64,000 nt of DNA, taken from the NCBI GenBank assembly GCA_024137785.1, contig JAHRHZ010000058.1:19951349-20015348 (forward strand), in the 5' to 3' direction. This DNA comes from Ginglymostoma cirratum (taxonomy: Eukaryota). This document shows, piece by piece, positions 1 through 12,494 of this stretch. Under the pieces are notes generated by a model. It searched no databases. It was not told where the DNA came from and saw only the letters and a list, made by a program, of their open reading frames with translations. The position numbers and the translations under genes were made by a program. The stretch's first letter is position 1, and each line of letters begins with the position of its first letter.

Positions 1-1253
1 TCAGAACAGATCATATGACTCTTTCTTCACCCTAAAGCTGTAGTCCTAAAAGAGAATTTAATAAACTTGGTAATTCTGTGTTTCCCTTTGTAAAATAGGA
101 TTCAGACTTAAGTCCATATTGCCCAAAGTGAATTATGCCAAATCATTTTTAAATTTAGAAAGTTGTTTGTTTGAATAGATTTTAGAAGTTAAAACATGTT
201 GTTCTTCAAATACCTAATTTTTTTCCACCTCATTTTTCCGTAAGGCTTATTAGCAGATTTAGACCATTCAGCCCATCAGATGTTATAGACATGGATGATC
301 TGATAATATTCAACTCCACTTTCCTGCCATTTCCCTATAACCCTCGATTCCGTTACTGATTAAAAATCTGTCTATCTCACCCTTGCAGATATTTAATGAC
401 CCAGTATTGACAGCCCACTCTGGTACAGAATTCCACAGGTCACTGTCCTCAGAAGAAAATCCTCCTCATCTGTCTTAAATATTCTACCCCTCTATTCTGA
501 GACTATGCCCTCTGGTCCTAGACACTCTCACTAAAGGAAACAACCTTTCTCTATTTACACTGTCAAGCCCCTCACCCCACCCCCCAAAAAAGACATCTTG
601 TATGCTTCAATAATGTCGCATCTCATTCTTCTCAAGTACAGACCCAGATACCTAAACCTCTCCTCATATGACAGTCCTCCCCCCATATTTGGTATCAGCC
701 TTGTGAATCTTCTTTGTACTACCTTTACTACCAGTATATCTTATCTTAGGTAAGGGGATCAAAACTGTTCACAGTATTCCACCTGTGGTCTGATTAGTAC
801 CTTGTATATTCTTTTTTAAAAGCCTCCCTACTTTTGTATTCCCTTTGAAATAAAGGTCAGCATTCCATTTGCCTTCCCTATTACCTGCTGAACTTGTATG
901 TTTGCTTTTTGCGATTCGTGGATGAGGATACCCAAAACCCTTTCTTCTTTTAAGTAATATTCTGTTCCCCTATTCTCTGTGCCAAAGTACATCATCTCAG
1001 ATTTTCTTGCATTATCTACCAATTTTTTCCCTGCTCACTTAACCTATCTTATCAATCTGCAGACTGCCTTCTTCATCATTTGCCTTCCCACCTACATTTG
1101 TATCATCTGCAAACTTGGCTGTTCACTTTCCTCAGCCACGTCACTGATGTATTGCATATAATTGTTGCTCCAGCCCTGATCCCTGTGGCACTCCATAGTT
1201 ACAGGTTCCCATCATGGAAGTGACCTCGTTATCCCTACTCTGTCTTGTATTAG

Positions 1254-1409
1254 ACAACACAGTGTGGAGCTGGAGGACCACAACAGGCCAGGCAGCATCC
1301 GAGGAGGGACCCTTCTTCAGAGATGCTCCTCTTATGCAGCCTGGCCTGCTGTGTTCCTCCAGTTCCACACTGTGTGGTCTTTGACTCCATCATTGGCAGT
1401 TCTAACTAT
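1254..1409. mobile_element. Palindromic non-autonomous Penelope-like element (family A) with 16-bp TSD
   Basis: Inverted arms cacagtgtggagctggagg..caggccaggcagcat / atgcagcctggcctg..cctccagttccacactgtg. Direct repeat ctctgtcttgtattag at 1238-1253 and 1410-1425. Confidence 0.8.
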
Positions 1410-1496
1410 CTCTGTCTTGTATTAGTTAGCCAATCCTCCATCCTGCTAATAGACCAACTCCAACATTATGGGCTCTTGCCTTTATTAAGTAGCCTC

Positions 1497-1697
1497 ATAG
1501 AGTCAAGGCACAAAAACAGATTCTTCGGTCCAACGTGTCCATGCTGACCAGGTTTCCCAACCTAAACTAGCCTGCGTTTGGCCCAAATTCCCCTAAACCT
1601 TTCCTATTCATGTCCCGTTCCAAATATCTTTTAAATGTTGTAACTATACCTGCATCTACCACTTCCTCTGGCAGTTCATTCCAAATACAAACCACCG
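1497..1697 (-). mobile_element. Short 3'-terminal CR1/HER1-like fragment nested in the older CR1
   Basis: catagagtc..cttcggtccaac..tccatgctgacc..acctgcatctaccacttcctctggcagttcattcca resembles the antisense 3' end of CR1 LINEs (recognised from memory). Confidence 0.6.
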
Positions 1698-3285
1698 CCT
1701 TTGATAAATGTATGGTGCTATATCAAATGCCTACTGAAAATCCAAGTGTGTTACATTCAGAGTGTCGCCTTCACCTTTCCTGCTTATTATCTTCTCAAAG
1801 AATTCTGGTAATTTTGTCATGCGTGACAGCCTCTTCATGGAGCCATGCTGGCTTTGCTTGATCACTTTTGTGTATTTCTAAATGTTCTACTGTTACATCG
1901 TCTATAACATACTCTAGCATTTTCCCAATAACAGATATTAAGCTAACTGGCCTATAGTTACCTGTTTCTTGACTCTTCCCATTTTTAAATTAAGGTATAA
2001 TATTGGCAGTTTTTCAATCCTCTGGGACTTCTCAGAATCTGAGGATTCTTAGAATGTCACTACCAGTGCATCCACGATCTTTGTACCTTTTTCATACCTA
2101 TTAACCTGTATTTGTGCTGTTAGTTCATCTGTTTTAATTTTCCAAATGCTATGCACATGCAAGTAAAGAGGCATTAATTTTGCCTTTTTACCATTTTCTC
2201 TCCTTTGACTCTATTTACTGCTATTCTTCTATTTATCTACTTTGTCCTTTCTTGTCACACTTCCGGTATGATTAACCAAATAACTGTCCAATAATTCTGC
2301 CATATCCTCTTGTTTTGTAAGTCTATATTTTCCCTCTTTCATCTCTCCTCTTCAAAGCCATCTCTACAGCCCTAGTTATTCAGTTTGCCAGATCACTGCT
2401 ACCAGCATGGCTCAAGGGAAGCCTGTCCCATCAGAACTGTCTCTTTCTGCCCATGTACTGGTGCCGCTACCCCAGAACTGAAACCCATTCCACCCACTCC
2501 AATCTTTGAACCACACATTTAACTCCTTGAATTTATTTACCCTATGCTAGGTTGTCCATGACTGACGGAGCAATCCAGAAATTATTGGTACCAATGTGAG
2601 CAATGACTTCTGGATCCCTCACCTCCCTCTCCTAAGTTCTTCTCCAGCTCCAACCTCTGGCACCTGGCAGGCAGCACAGCATTCAGAACTATAGTTCACA
2701 GCTGCAGAGAACATTATCCCACTAATTATACTGTTGCCTACTGCTACGACATTCCTACATCGTCCACTCACTTGAATAGTTCCCTGTAGCAAGAGAGTCT
2801 CTCTGTCTCCCTTTTGTACCGAATCTTCACTTCGAACCACATTTCAAACAGTATAGTTGGAGTACTCGTTTGACCTTTGTCTCACTCTGCTATAGTCTCA
2901 CACTAACTCTGCTCCTCACTGACTTGCAGGACAGTTCTTTCAAAACTAGGTACTTCCCCTCCTGGTATAGCAGAGAGAAAGTTGAACATTGGTACACCAC
3001 CTAGAGGAGTGGAGGAGTGAAATTGCTGAGACAAAATAGATTGTAAGTCAGCAGACCACTGTTGTGCATCTGCTGTTAGTTGACAGTGACACACTAAGTT
3101 GCATTTTGGTGTGCCCTGAGGAGCAAAAACAGAAAGGGGCCCTTGCAAAGAAAGGTTGTTCAGAACTGTGTAGTGTATATTGCTTAGTAATGATTTTAAT
3201 GGCTTGTAATGATATTTGCACACTAGTAGTCTGAACAATGAACAAAATTCTTCTTGCTCATTGTATGTCCTGTCCTTGCCCTCAG

Positions 3286-3706
3286 AAAGAGGTATGATAA
3301 GGCAGAAGTGGAATATGTTGCAGCAAAACTAGATCTGTACAAGAAGAATGAATTGAAGGAGCAACTGACTGAGCATCTGTGCACCATAATTCAGCAGAAT
3401 GAGTTACGCAAGGCCAATAAACTGGAGGAGCTGATGCAGCAATTGGAAATAGAGACCGATGAGGAGCGGCTGGCACTGGAGATTGAAGTGGACAGTTTAC
3501 TAAAGCAACAGGAAATGTTCCAGGGGACTGATCAGGTTAATTCAAGTGATGAGTCAGCACAGCAAGCTGTTCAAGCAGATCATCTGAATCATATGGTGAA
3601 GCAGGTTGAAGGAAAACAGATCTCTGGTGAAAATGTTTCAAAGGATCAAAATAAATCTCAGTCAGAGAACTTGAACGATAGAATTTCAGAGAAGATTGTG
3701 AATTGA
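3286..3706 (+). CDS. GORAB: GORAB (RAB6-interacting golgin), last coding exon (phase-2 acceptor, stop TGA 3704-3706)
   Basis: Acceptor tgtccttgccctcag ends at 3285. Peptide [53 protein letters not shown] matches the GORAB coiled-coil C-terminus. Syntenic with PRRX1. Confidence 0.95.
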
Positions 3707-3857
3707 GTTTGTGTATTTGTGCTTCAAAAATGGTTTGGGTGAGATTGGTTTTGGTTTTCATGATATAAAGTCATTTATCTGTTGGTAAGCTTAATCAGCA
3801 CCCAATTATTTAAAAAAAAACCAAGCATTTGAGACTTTTGTATTTTTCTTCTGAGTT

Positions 3858-5830
3858 TTTTTTATTCATTCACTGGCTTGGCCAGCAATTATTACCTATC
3901 CTTAATTAACCTTGAGAAGGTGTGGTGAGCTGCCATCTTGAAGAGCTGCGGCACATCTGTAGGTACACTGACAGTGCTGTCAGCAAGGGAGTTTCAGGAT
4001 TTTGACCCAACAATGGCGAAGGAATGGTGATGTAGTTCCATATCAGGAAGGCATATGACTTGTAGAGAAAATTGCAGATGATGTTCCCACATATCTGTTG
4101 CCCTTGTCCCTCTAGATGGTGCAGTTCACAAATCTGGAAGATCCTGTCAGAGGAATTGTGCTGAATTGTTGCAGTGCATCTTGTAGATGGTATACACTAC
4201 TGCCACTGTGCATTATGGTAGATGGAGTGAATGTTAAAGGTGTTAGTGTGTTAATTAAGCGGCTATTGAGCTCGTTGAACACTGTTGGACCTGTGCTCAT
4301 CCAGGCCAATGGCTAGTATTCCATCCCACCCTTGATTTGTGCCATGTAGATGGTGAACATATTTTGAGGAAACAGAAGCTGAGTTACTCACCGCAGAATT
4401 CCTGGGCCCCATATGCTAGTCCAGTTTAGTTCCTGTTTGGTCAATCATCTGTGCCCCAATAACCAAAAACTGAACTGAACCAGTTTGGTTCAACGATTGA
4501 CCTTGAATAATTAAAACTACTTTCCTTTGTATGAGGTATGAGTGTATGCATTGAAGAGTTTCCCTTGATTCCCATTGACTTCGGTTTTCCGACGGTTCCT
4601 TAATGCTACACTCAATTAAGTGTAATGAGGTGAGGAGCAGAGTGGACTTGGCAGAACACAGCCTGCCCACTGACATTCAGTTCATGTTGAGTAAGTGCCA
4701 CTTGATAGCACTGTTGATGATGCCTTCCATGATTTTCATGATTGTGAATAGACTTCGTAGAGTGCCGATTGGCTAGGTTGTATTTGTTCTGTGTTTTGAA
4801 TGGGAAATGACCTGGGCAATTTGCCAGATTACTGGTTAAGTATCATTTTCATAACTATTCTAGAATAGCTTGATGAGGAGCGTGGCATTTTCTAGATTAC
4901 AAGTCTTCCCTATTATTGCCCAAATATTGTCAGAGTCCAGAGCATTTGCACTAACTGGTGTCTTCACCCATTTCTTGTATCACATAGAGTGAATTGGATT
5001 GGCTGATGGCTAATGTCTGTGATACTTGGGGGCATCAAGAGGAGGCCAACATAGATCATCCACTTGGCATTTCTGACTGACAGTTGTTGCATATGCTTCA
5101 TCATGGTCTTTTGCTGTGATTTGCTGAACCATCATTAAGGATATTTCCAGAGCCTCCAAGTGAGATATTTAATTGTCTGCTGTTATGCATGACTGGATGT
5201 GTTAGGATTGCAGAACTTGGATCTGAGCCATAGTTTATGGGGTCCTTAACCCTGCATGGTATCCTCTGCTGTTTGCTTCATCTTATTATTAGATACATCT
5301 GATGATCCTGAAATGCTCTGCTGCAATCTTCTTTGAACCAGGGTAGATCCCATGACTTATTGATAATGATAAAGTGGACAATATGCTGGCTGGAGATTAC
5401 AGATTGTGGTGGAATACAGTTCAGCTGTCGGCCCACAATGCCTCGAGTACCAAGTCTAGAATGGTTAGAACTGTTCTAAATCTATCTCATTCACCATATT
5501 ATTAGTGCTACACAACAGAAGAGTATCCTCACTGTGAAGGCAGGACTTTGTTCCCACAAAGACTTGGGTGGTGGCCACTCCTGCAGATGGTTGGGACAGG
5601 AGATGACCGCAGTTGGTGCTGGTCGTTTCTGAGACGTTATCTTCAAGGTTTGATTCTGTTAGGTTGTTGCTTGGCTAGTCTCACCGCTCTCCCAATATTG
5701 GCACAAGTTCCTAGATGTAAGTGAGAAGGATGTTGCAAGGTTGATATGACTGCGTGCCATTGTCATTTCTGGTGCCTTAGTTGATCCCCAACTAATCTGT
5801 TGGTTTTATTTCTTTTATCTGTTTTTAGTG
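3858..5830 (-). mobile_element. Decayed non-LTR retrotransposon (CR1/L2 group), antisense to GORAB
   Basis: Starts with a tail tttattcattca..ggccagca..cttgagaaggtg..gagctgcc also seen at 11520. The body resembles 57346-58655. No intact ORF. Confidence 0.6.
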
Positions 5831-6110
5831 GATTAATACACAGTGGTTACTACCAGTTGAAAGTCACTGCATTGCTATGATTCTGAAGTCATGTACTACA
5901 GTCGAGGTGAGAATTGTAGATTGTCCTTCCCTAAAGGACATTGAAGGATTGTATTTGTATGACAATCGATATTGGTTTCATGATCATTGTTAGGCTGGCT
6001 TTTAGTTCCATATTTATTAATTGAATTCACATTTTCACCATAATGTCTCCAAAACATTAGCATGGGTCTCCGAATTAGTACTCCAGCAACAAGACCATGG
6101 CACCATTTCA
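5831..6110 (-). mobile_element. tRNA-derived SINE
   Basis: Shares ccttccctaaaggacatt and ..gggtctc..attagt..ccag.. blocks with copies at 35230-35605 (-) and 57593-57915 (+). Confidence 0.65.
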
Positions 6111-6631
6111 ACCCTTGACAAGATTTAGGTTGACTGATAGCCAGATCACAATGTAATTGAGGTATTTTGGACCTGATGATTTAAACTTTTCACTTGAGGC
6201 ACTTTTAAGTGTTAATTGATTCTTCTATCACACTAACTTTCTTTATATTTTGTGCAACGTAGTTTGTTTTCCCATAATGTCTTAAAATTTGATCAGTCAA
6301 AAGGTTGAAGCTGATCAAAAATGCCCATGAGAGCATCTAATTTTAGGCAATTTTTTTTATAGATACTTGCCTAAACAAATGTCACTGGCATTTTGTTTGA
6401 ATATTAGACTGATTGTTATCTATGATAACCTTTGTACTTCTGTTTGAATTTTTTTGTAGTTTTAAAATATAAACTTTTTCATGGGACCATGTGGCTTAAG
6501 TGTTTAAAAATGAAATGGTTTATCTTTGTGTAGTTCTGAATTTATTTTTCAGTCTCTTTTATTTTTCTGGTTTTTTTGGCGTTTGTTAGCATGGCAGCAG
6601 TCAAAACCTGCTGCAATAGTTGCTTCTAAAT

Positions 6632-6845
6632 TAAAGCAAAATACCAAGGATGCTGGAAGTCTGAAACAAACACAGAAAATGCTGGAGAAATCAGCATGTC
6701 TGGCAGCATCTGTGGAGAGAGAAATGGAGTTGACATTTCAAATCTAATGTGACCACTTCTTAAAGTCCTATTGAACTTGAAATGTTAACTGTTTGTTCAC
6801 TACAAATGTTACCTGCTGAGATTCTCCAGCTTTTTCTGTTTGTAC
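6632..6845. mobile_element. Palindromic Penelope-like element (family A), old copy
   Basis: cagaaaatgctggagaaatcagca..gagttgacatttc / gaaatgttaact..cctgctgagattctccagctttttctg inverted arms. Confidence 0.7.
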
Positions 6846-8043
6846 CAATATACCAACTTGGCCTTGATTTGAACTGTAAATGTTTATAATAAAGTTTAGA
6901 AAGGTCGGGTATTATATAAGCAGTGTCCTATAACCAACTCCAAACGGAGCTAAATAAAATGGATGGTTAAAAATCAGTTAAAACAGAAATCAGACATGCA
7001 AATAATGTAATTTAAGTTCACAGAAGTGCAAAAAGATTGTGTCCTTAAGAGTTTAATAACATCCTTTTGTTAACAGTATTTTTAGATCATTAAGTCCATT
7101 GCTGTATTCTTAATGGTAACACATTGAACAAAAATGTTCTCATATTTGGTTTGACTGACTGCACCAACATGCAGTAACTTGGATTTTGTTCATCCAACCC
7201 TATCTTCTTGTTTGTTTCCATTGATAATAAGTGGGTATTAACACTAATATTGATTATAGAATGTATACATGATGGATTTACACTAGATTTGAGCTCACTT
7301 TGTTAATTCTTGGCTTTTTACATCTGTATTTTTGTATATATGCATTGCTTCATCAATTCATTGATTCAAAATTGACACATCTAAATGTATTTTGTGAAAT
7401 TAAATCCAAAGAGACTATTGTGGTTATTGGATTCTTTCATTCTAAAACGTATTATATTTTGGGAGTCTCAAGCACAATATTAACTTTCTTGCCAAACATC
7501 CACCCTCCACCTCCATAATTTTTCTTCCTTCCGCAGAAGAAAATTACCTTGCTTAGAATATGGTCCTACCAGTGCAAGCAGTCTCTTGATTTTGTCAGAG
7601 TCCACATCATGTTAACTGGTTACTAATGCACGCCCTCCTGAACCTGGTCTTATCAAATGGCCATGCACAGGTACGTTTTCCAATGAAGTCAGTGTTTGAT
7701 CAGGAGCAGCACCCTAATTGGTTCTTCCCATTTCCAGTTACCAGTTGCCAAGAGAAGCTTAAAGTCTATTGTATTGTCCCTATAATTTCTCCAAAACTGA
7801 AAGCATAATTTGATTTTAATCTGTAATGTATGTTTTATTTTAGAAACATACAAGTAGGGTGCAATTAGAAATTGGATCAGAAAGTGTGATCTGAAGATAT
7901 GAGGTGGTTCTGCTTTTTAAAAAAAGTCAATATCATGTTGTGTTGAATTAAAAATCAGTAATTTTTACTAATCAGTAAATTATCAGTAATTTTGTTTTGA
8001 TGGTCCTGTTTAAGAGCCTATTCTCAGTCCTGTAAAATTTAAA

Positions 8044-8210
8044 TAAAATATCCTGCACGGGTGAACGTGGTAATCCAAGACCAGATAAACTACAAGGGAG
8101 TTCATTTGGTCCAGTCATGACTCAGAAGTAATGGTAATCAGACAGCCGGGCTAACAGAAGGTATGAATGGTCTTATGAGTGGAAAAAATCAACATCCTTC
8201 CAAATATATA
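8044..8210 (+). repeat. Copy 1 of a ~166-bp local direct duplication (partner 14425-14590)
   Basis: Direct alignment by eye: about 9 substitutions and 1 indel. Confidence 0.95.
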
Positions 8211-8225
8211 GTGCTGCATTGTGTG

Positions 8226-8710
8226 AACATATGCAATAGGAGCAGAAGTAGACCACCATTCAATAAGATCACGCCTGAGCTGCTGTTCTGTATTCTACCT
8301 TCTGATCTATTGCGAGAAGCCTTAATTCCCTTGCCTGGCAAGAATCCATCCATTTTTCTCAAAAATATTCAATGGCTGTGCCTTCTGCCATAAATGAATA
8401 AAGTGGCACAAATTGTGGTAGGGAAAAAGAATTCTGTGCTGAAAGATTTTCTGATTTACACAAGAAACAACATTTTCATTTTTATCTTGTTAAGAGAATT
8501 CAGGCTCTTGTACCTTTTCAGTCCAATCACTCCTCCCTATTCTAAATTTTGGTGGAAACAAAGTCATCTTATCCAACCTAACCTCCAAAGGCAAACCATT
8601 AATTTCATGTATCAATCTTATAGTAAACCTCCTCTGAACTGTCACCAATATATTTATGTCTTCCTGCAAATAAAAAGACCAAAATTTTGCACAGTTTGAG
8701 ATCTGTGGAG
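8226..8710 (-). mobile_element. CR1 3'-end remnant
   Basis: ataggagcagaagtagacc..ccattcaataagatca is typical of an antisense CR1 3' terminus. Confidence 0.55.
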
Positions 8711-9249
8711 TGTATCAGATGTAGTTTCTTCTAATAGAATTAGCCATATCCTAGTTCATAGCTAGATGAATAATTACTTTGTCCTTGACAGTCTCCCATG
8801 CTACTTGAGCAAGGTAGTGGCCACACACCAGAAATTGTTAGTTATGCAGGCAAAACCAAGTGAGATAGCATCCAAAGCACGTATGAGTGAGAGTGCTGAC
8901 TTCCAACCACCATTTATTAAGTGTATTAAAAAACTAACTTGAAAGCTGTAGTTGCATCACTGCTGTATGGACAGCTGTAAAGTTAATTGGCATAAATGCT
9001 GAAGGTACTGCAGTTGACCACATCTCCATCAATTTGACATGCCAAACCACTGGAAGCACATGTGCAAGACTGGGATTAGAGCTCATTAAGTGCATTCCAT
9101 CTGCATGCTAGGTCCTTGTGTGCATATCTTGCTGACTCCTTCCACACATTCTGTTGTGTTCTGAAAAGAATATGCATTCCTGTACTTTTTGTCTACACTT
9201 TCTGATATACTGTAGGTCAAACAAAAAGAAAAAACTGGAATTTTTTTTA

Positions 9250-11400
9250 GCTTCTTGAAAGGTGCAAGCTGTTATTGATAATATAACAGCTCTGATTGTC
9301 AGTGAAGAATCACAGTTCAATATTAACATTACTGCTTCAAGTGAAATCCACCTAGCAAAGGAGGGCCAGCTAGCAGCAGGCTATACATTCTTCTGGATAG
9401 GTTAGTCTAAGAGCATGAGGTGAGAGGCAGGTGTAAAGTTTTGTAATCAAGTCTGACTGCAAAAAGAGTCTAGTTACTGTCGATAGGACCATAAACAATC
9501 GCCTTGTGATTATGCACATATCAATTGTGAACAGCAAGTAGGTCAAAAGCATTAGTCCATATGCACCGATTAGTCCTGAAGATGTCAAAGTAAAATTCTG
9601 AGGACCTAGATGGAGCTATCGCAACTATTTCAATGGTAGATTAACTTGTATTGAAGGGACTTCAGTGCAAGGGATGATTATCAGGCTTAGGATGATGTCC
9701 TAGGCAAACAATATGCAACAAAATCCAAGCATTGCATGCTTCTGAGTCTTTGCATCTGCTGGACTATGGCAATCACCACATTCAGAAAGAAAGCAAAGTG
9801 AAAAACACCAGGATGCACTCAAGATCTAAACACTGTCTTTGACTAAGGTTGACTTTACTATCACCTGGTATGCAACATAAACGGTGTTATGATTGCTAGA
9901 GTTATAAGAGCAGTCGAGTACTTTAAAGACCATCAAATGCTTTGTTCCAAGGTAAAACTTACTATTTCGTGGAAATGGGGACTTACGGTTAATGTTTTTT
10001 TTGGGCTAGAGAAAGGTTTTGAGTGGGGTTCTTCAGGGAGTGGTATTGAGACCATTACGTTTGCTGATATATATTAGGGATTAGACTGTGGTGTACAAAA
10101 AGAAATATCAAACTCTGTGGACAATACAAACTTGGGAGCATTGTAGACTGAGAAGTACAGTTTAGAACTCAAAAGAACGTTAACATTTCGGTAGGGGAGG
10201 CAGATGACGTTCAATGCAGAGAGGTGTCAACTGATGTATTTTGGTAGAAAAATAAATTGCAAAACTGTTGAAAATAAAGAGTGCTACTCAAAAGAATGTT
10301 GAGGGGGAAGACACCTGGGTGTACGTTTGCACAGATTATTGAAAGTGTCAGGACAGGTGGCGAGAACAGTTAATAAAGCATGCAGAATCCTTGACTTTAA
10401 TAAGGGCATTGAGCACATCAGCAAAGAAGTTATGCTATGTGTGTGTAAGACATTAGTTAGACCTTAACTGGAGGAATGTATTCAGTGCTGAGTGCCAACG
10501 TTTCAGGAAAAATGTAAATACATTGGAGATAGTGTAGAAGACATCTACGAGAATGGTTCGAGGGTTGAATCACTTCAGTTATGAACATAAATTGGAGCTC
10601 TTTGCCTTGGAGAAAACAAGGATAAGAAGAGATTTGGTAGAAATTTTCAAAGTCATGAGAGGTCTGGACAGAGGAGAAACTGTTCCCACTCATTAAAGGA
10701 TCAAAAATGAGGAGGCACAGGTTTAAATTAATTTTCAAGAGAATTAATGCCATGTCAGAAGAAACTTATTCACTGAAGTGTGTAGTTAGGATCTGGAATG
10801 CATTGAGTAAAAATGTAGTTGGCACAGGTTCAATTGAGACATTTATGAGATGATTATTGGAATAGTAATAATGTGCAGAATTATAGGGGAAAGATAGGAG
10901 AATGGCACTGAGTCATAACGTTCATTCAAAGAGCTGGTGTATTGGATCTCAAGAGAGCTAGATGTGCTGAAACTGCATCAACAAGAACTGCAAACATACC
11001 AGGCTCAAAGCTGTGGTACGTTTTCCTCTGAAGGAAACCTGTATGATGAAGTTGGAGTGGCATGGTCAACCCCCAAAACAATAGTTGTGGAAGCTGCCAA
11101 TCATGTCCTGGAATCACAGAGAAGAAACCACTGAGATTGTTTTGATGAAAATGATGACCACAAGCAACCGTTACAGCACAAAAATGCAGTATGGCTGAGA
11201 AGCAAAGATACACATACTACTAAGAAATCATTCCAGGAGAACAAAAAATGAAGCTGCAATTAAAACTGCATTGAATGAAACGCATAGTGGGTCAAACAAT
11301 CAGAGAATCTTGAGTCTATGCTGAATAACAAAACATGAGTAATTTTGATTGAGTCCTGCACACTACTTTTCCCTCCTCAAGTAACTACTTGCCTGTTTTT
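9250..11400 (+). mobile_element. Decayed RTE-clade LINE (APE endonuclease region), split by a CR1 insertion
   Basis: Translation near 9326: NITASSEIHLAKEGQLAAGYTFFWIG, then ISPYAP and a GDFNAR-like remnant. It resumes after 10936 with ..RRNH*DCFDEND (RTE motif RKHQDWFDEND). Confidence 0.75.
9975..10935 (+). mobile_element. 5'-truncated CR1 LINE nested in the RTE element
   Basis: Decayed GVPQGSVLGP / IYI.DLD / KFADDTKLG-type coding sequence at 10020-10137, followed by CR1-like C-terminal sequence. Confidence 0.75.
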
Positions 11401-11519
11401 AAAACTGACAGAAACATTGAAAATGGGATCAAGATCAAACTAGGATTAGGGTTCAAGGACTACCTGAAGGTGAATCTCAGGAAATGTGGCTGTCCACCAC
11501 AGACTGGGTAAGCTTTCTT

Positions 11520-11955
11520 CTTTCATTCATTCATAGGATGCAGTCTTTGCTGGCTAGAACAGCATTTATTGCCCATCCCCAGTTGCCCTTGAGTAGATGG
11601 TAATGAGCTATCTTACTGAACTGCTGCAGTCCATTTTGAGTAGGTAGACCTACAATGTTCTCAAGAAGGATTTCCACCCAGCAACAGTGAAGGAACACCA
11701 ATATATTTTCAAGTCAAGATGGTAAATGGCTTGGTGATGCAATTGCAGGTCATGGTGTTCAAATGTCTCTGGTCCCCTTGTCCATCTGGGTTGTAGTGGT
11801 TGCAGGTTTCAAAGGTAATGATCTAAGGAGTCGAGATGAGTTTTTGCAGTGCATTTAGTAGATGACATACTCTGATGTGTGTTTCACTGGTGGGGGGAGT
11901 GAATATTTTTGGCAGAGATGCCAATTAAGTCGTTTTTTTGTCCTGAATGGTACTA
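11520..11955 (-). mobile_element. 3' fragment of the LINE family seen at 3858-5830
   Basis: ttcattcattcataggatg..cagcatttattgcccatccc..gcccttgag..gagcta shared tail. Confidence 0.65.
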
Positions 11956-12258
11956 GGCATTAGAAAGAGCGACATATGGAGAAATAAATTTATGAAATGT
12001 ACATTGGCAGCCTTGTATGAATGGGTTCAGTGGCAGAGGGTGAAACCTTGAATTGGAGCAGCGGATAAAGAACAAAGATAGGCTCCCTTTCAGTGATATC
12101 ATTTTTATTTTGAAGTTATTCAAAATGGTGCCAGAGTGTTGGCGACAGTTGAAGCTTTTCACTGTATTTTCCCTTAAATACATGTGATAATAAATCATTC
12201 AATCGAAAATAACAATCACTACAACCAAATTACAAAATGGAAACATATGGTCTATCAA

Positions 12259-12494
12259 AGATACTAAGAACTGCTGATTCTGGAGTCAGAGATAACAGTG
12301 TGGAGTTGGAGGAGCACAGCAGGCCAGGCAGCATCAGAGGGGCAGGAAAGTTGATGTTTCGGATCAGGACCCCTCTTCAGAAGACTTGTGTCTTAGACCC
12401 TTCAGAAGAAGGGTCCCAACCCAAAATGTCAACTTTCCTGCTCCTCTGATGCTGCCTGCCTGCTGTGCTCCTCCAGCTCCACACTGTGTTACCT
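12259..12494. mobile_element. Palindromic Penelope-like element (family A) with 15-bp TSD and two hammerhead-like cores
   Basis: TSD catatggtctatcaa at 12244-12258 and 12495-12509. Inverted arms ~90 bp. Minus strand 12380-12352 reads CTGAAGAggggtcctgatccGAAAcatca. Confidence 0.85.

Larger units (their letters stand above)
262..2840 (-). mobile_element. Decayed, internally deleted CR1-type LINE with younger nested insertions
   Basis: Minus-strand translations give RT-region remnants (GVPQGSGL..; ..VQQVIGKANGMLTFISKG) and an ORF1 esterase-like VGNSIISG motif at 2619-2840. A CR1-like 3' end lies near 262. Confidence 0.75.

Noticed and set aside
3254-3285. N-terminal [10 protein letters not shown] of the 150-aa ORF
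   Set aside because: Intronic polypyrimidine tract; the exon begins after cag at 3285.
4112-4316. Overlapping antiparallel ORFs
   Set aside because: Chance ORFs within a decayed LINE.
7952-7995. Three atcagtaa repeats
   Set aside because: Short slippage repeat in AT-rich DNA with no evident function.
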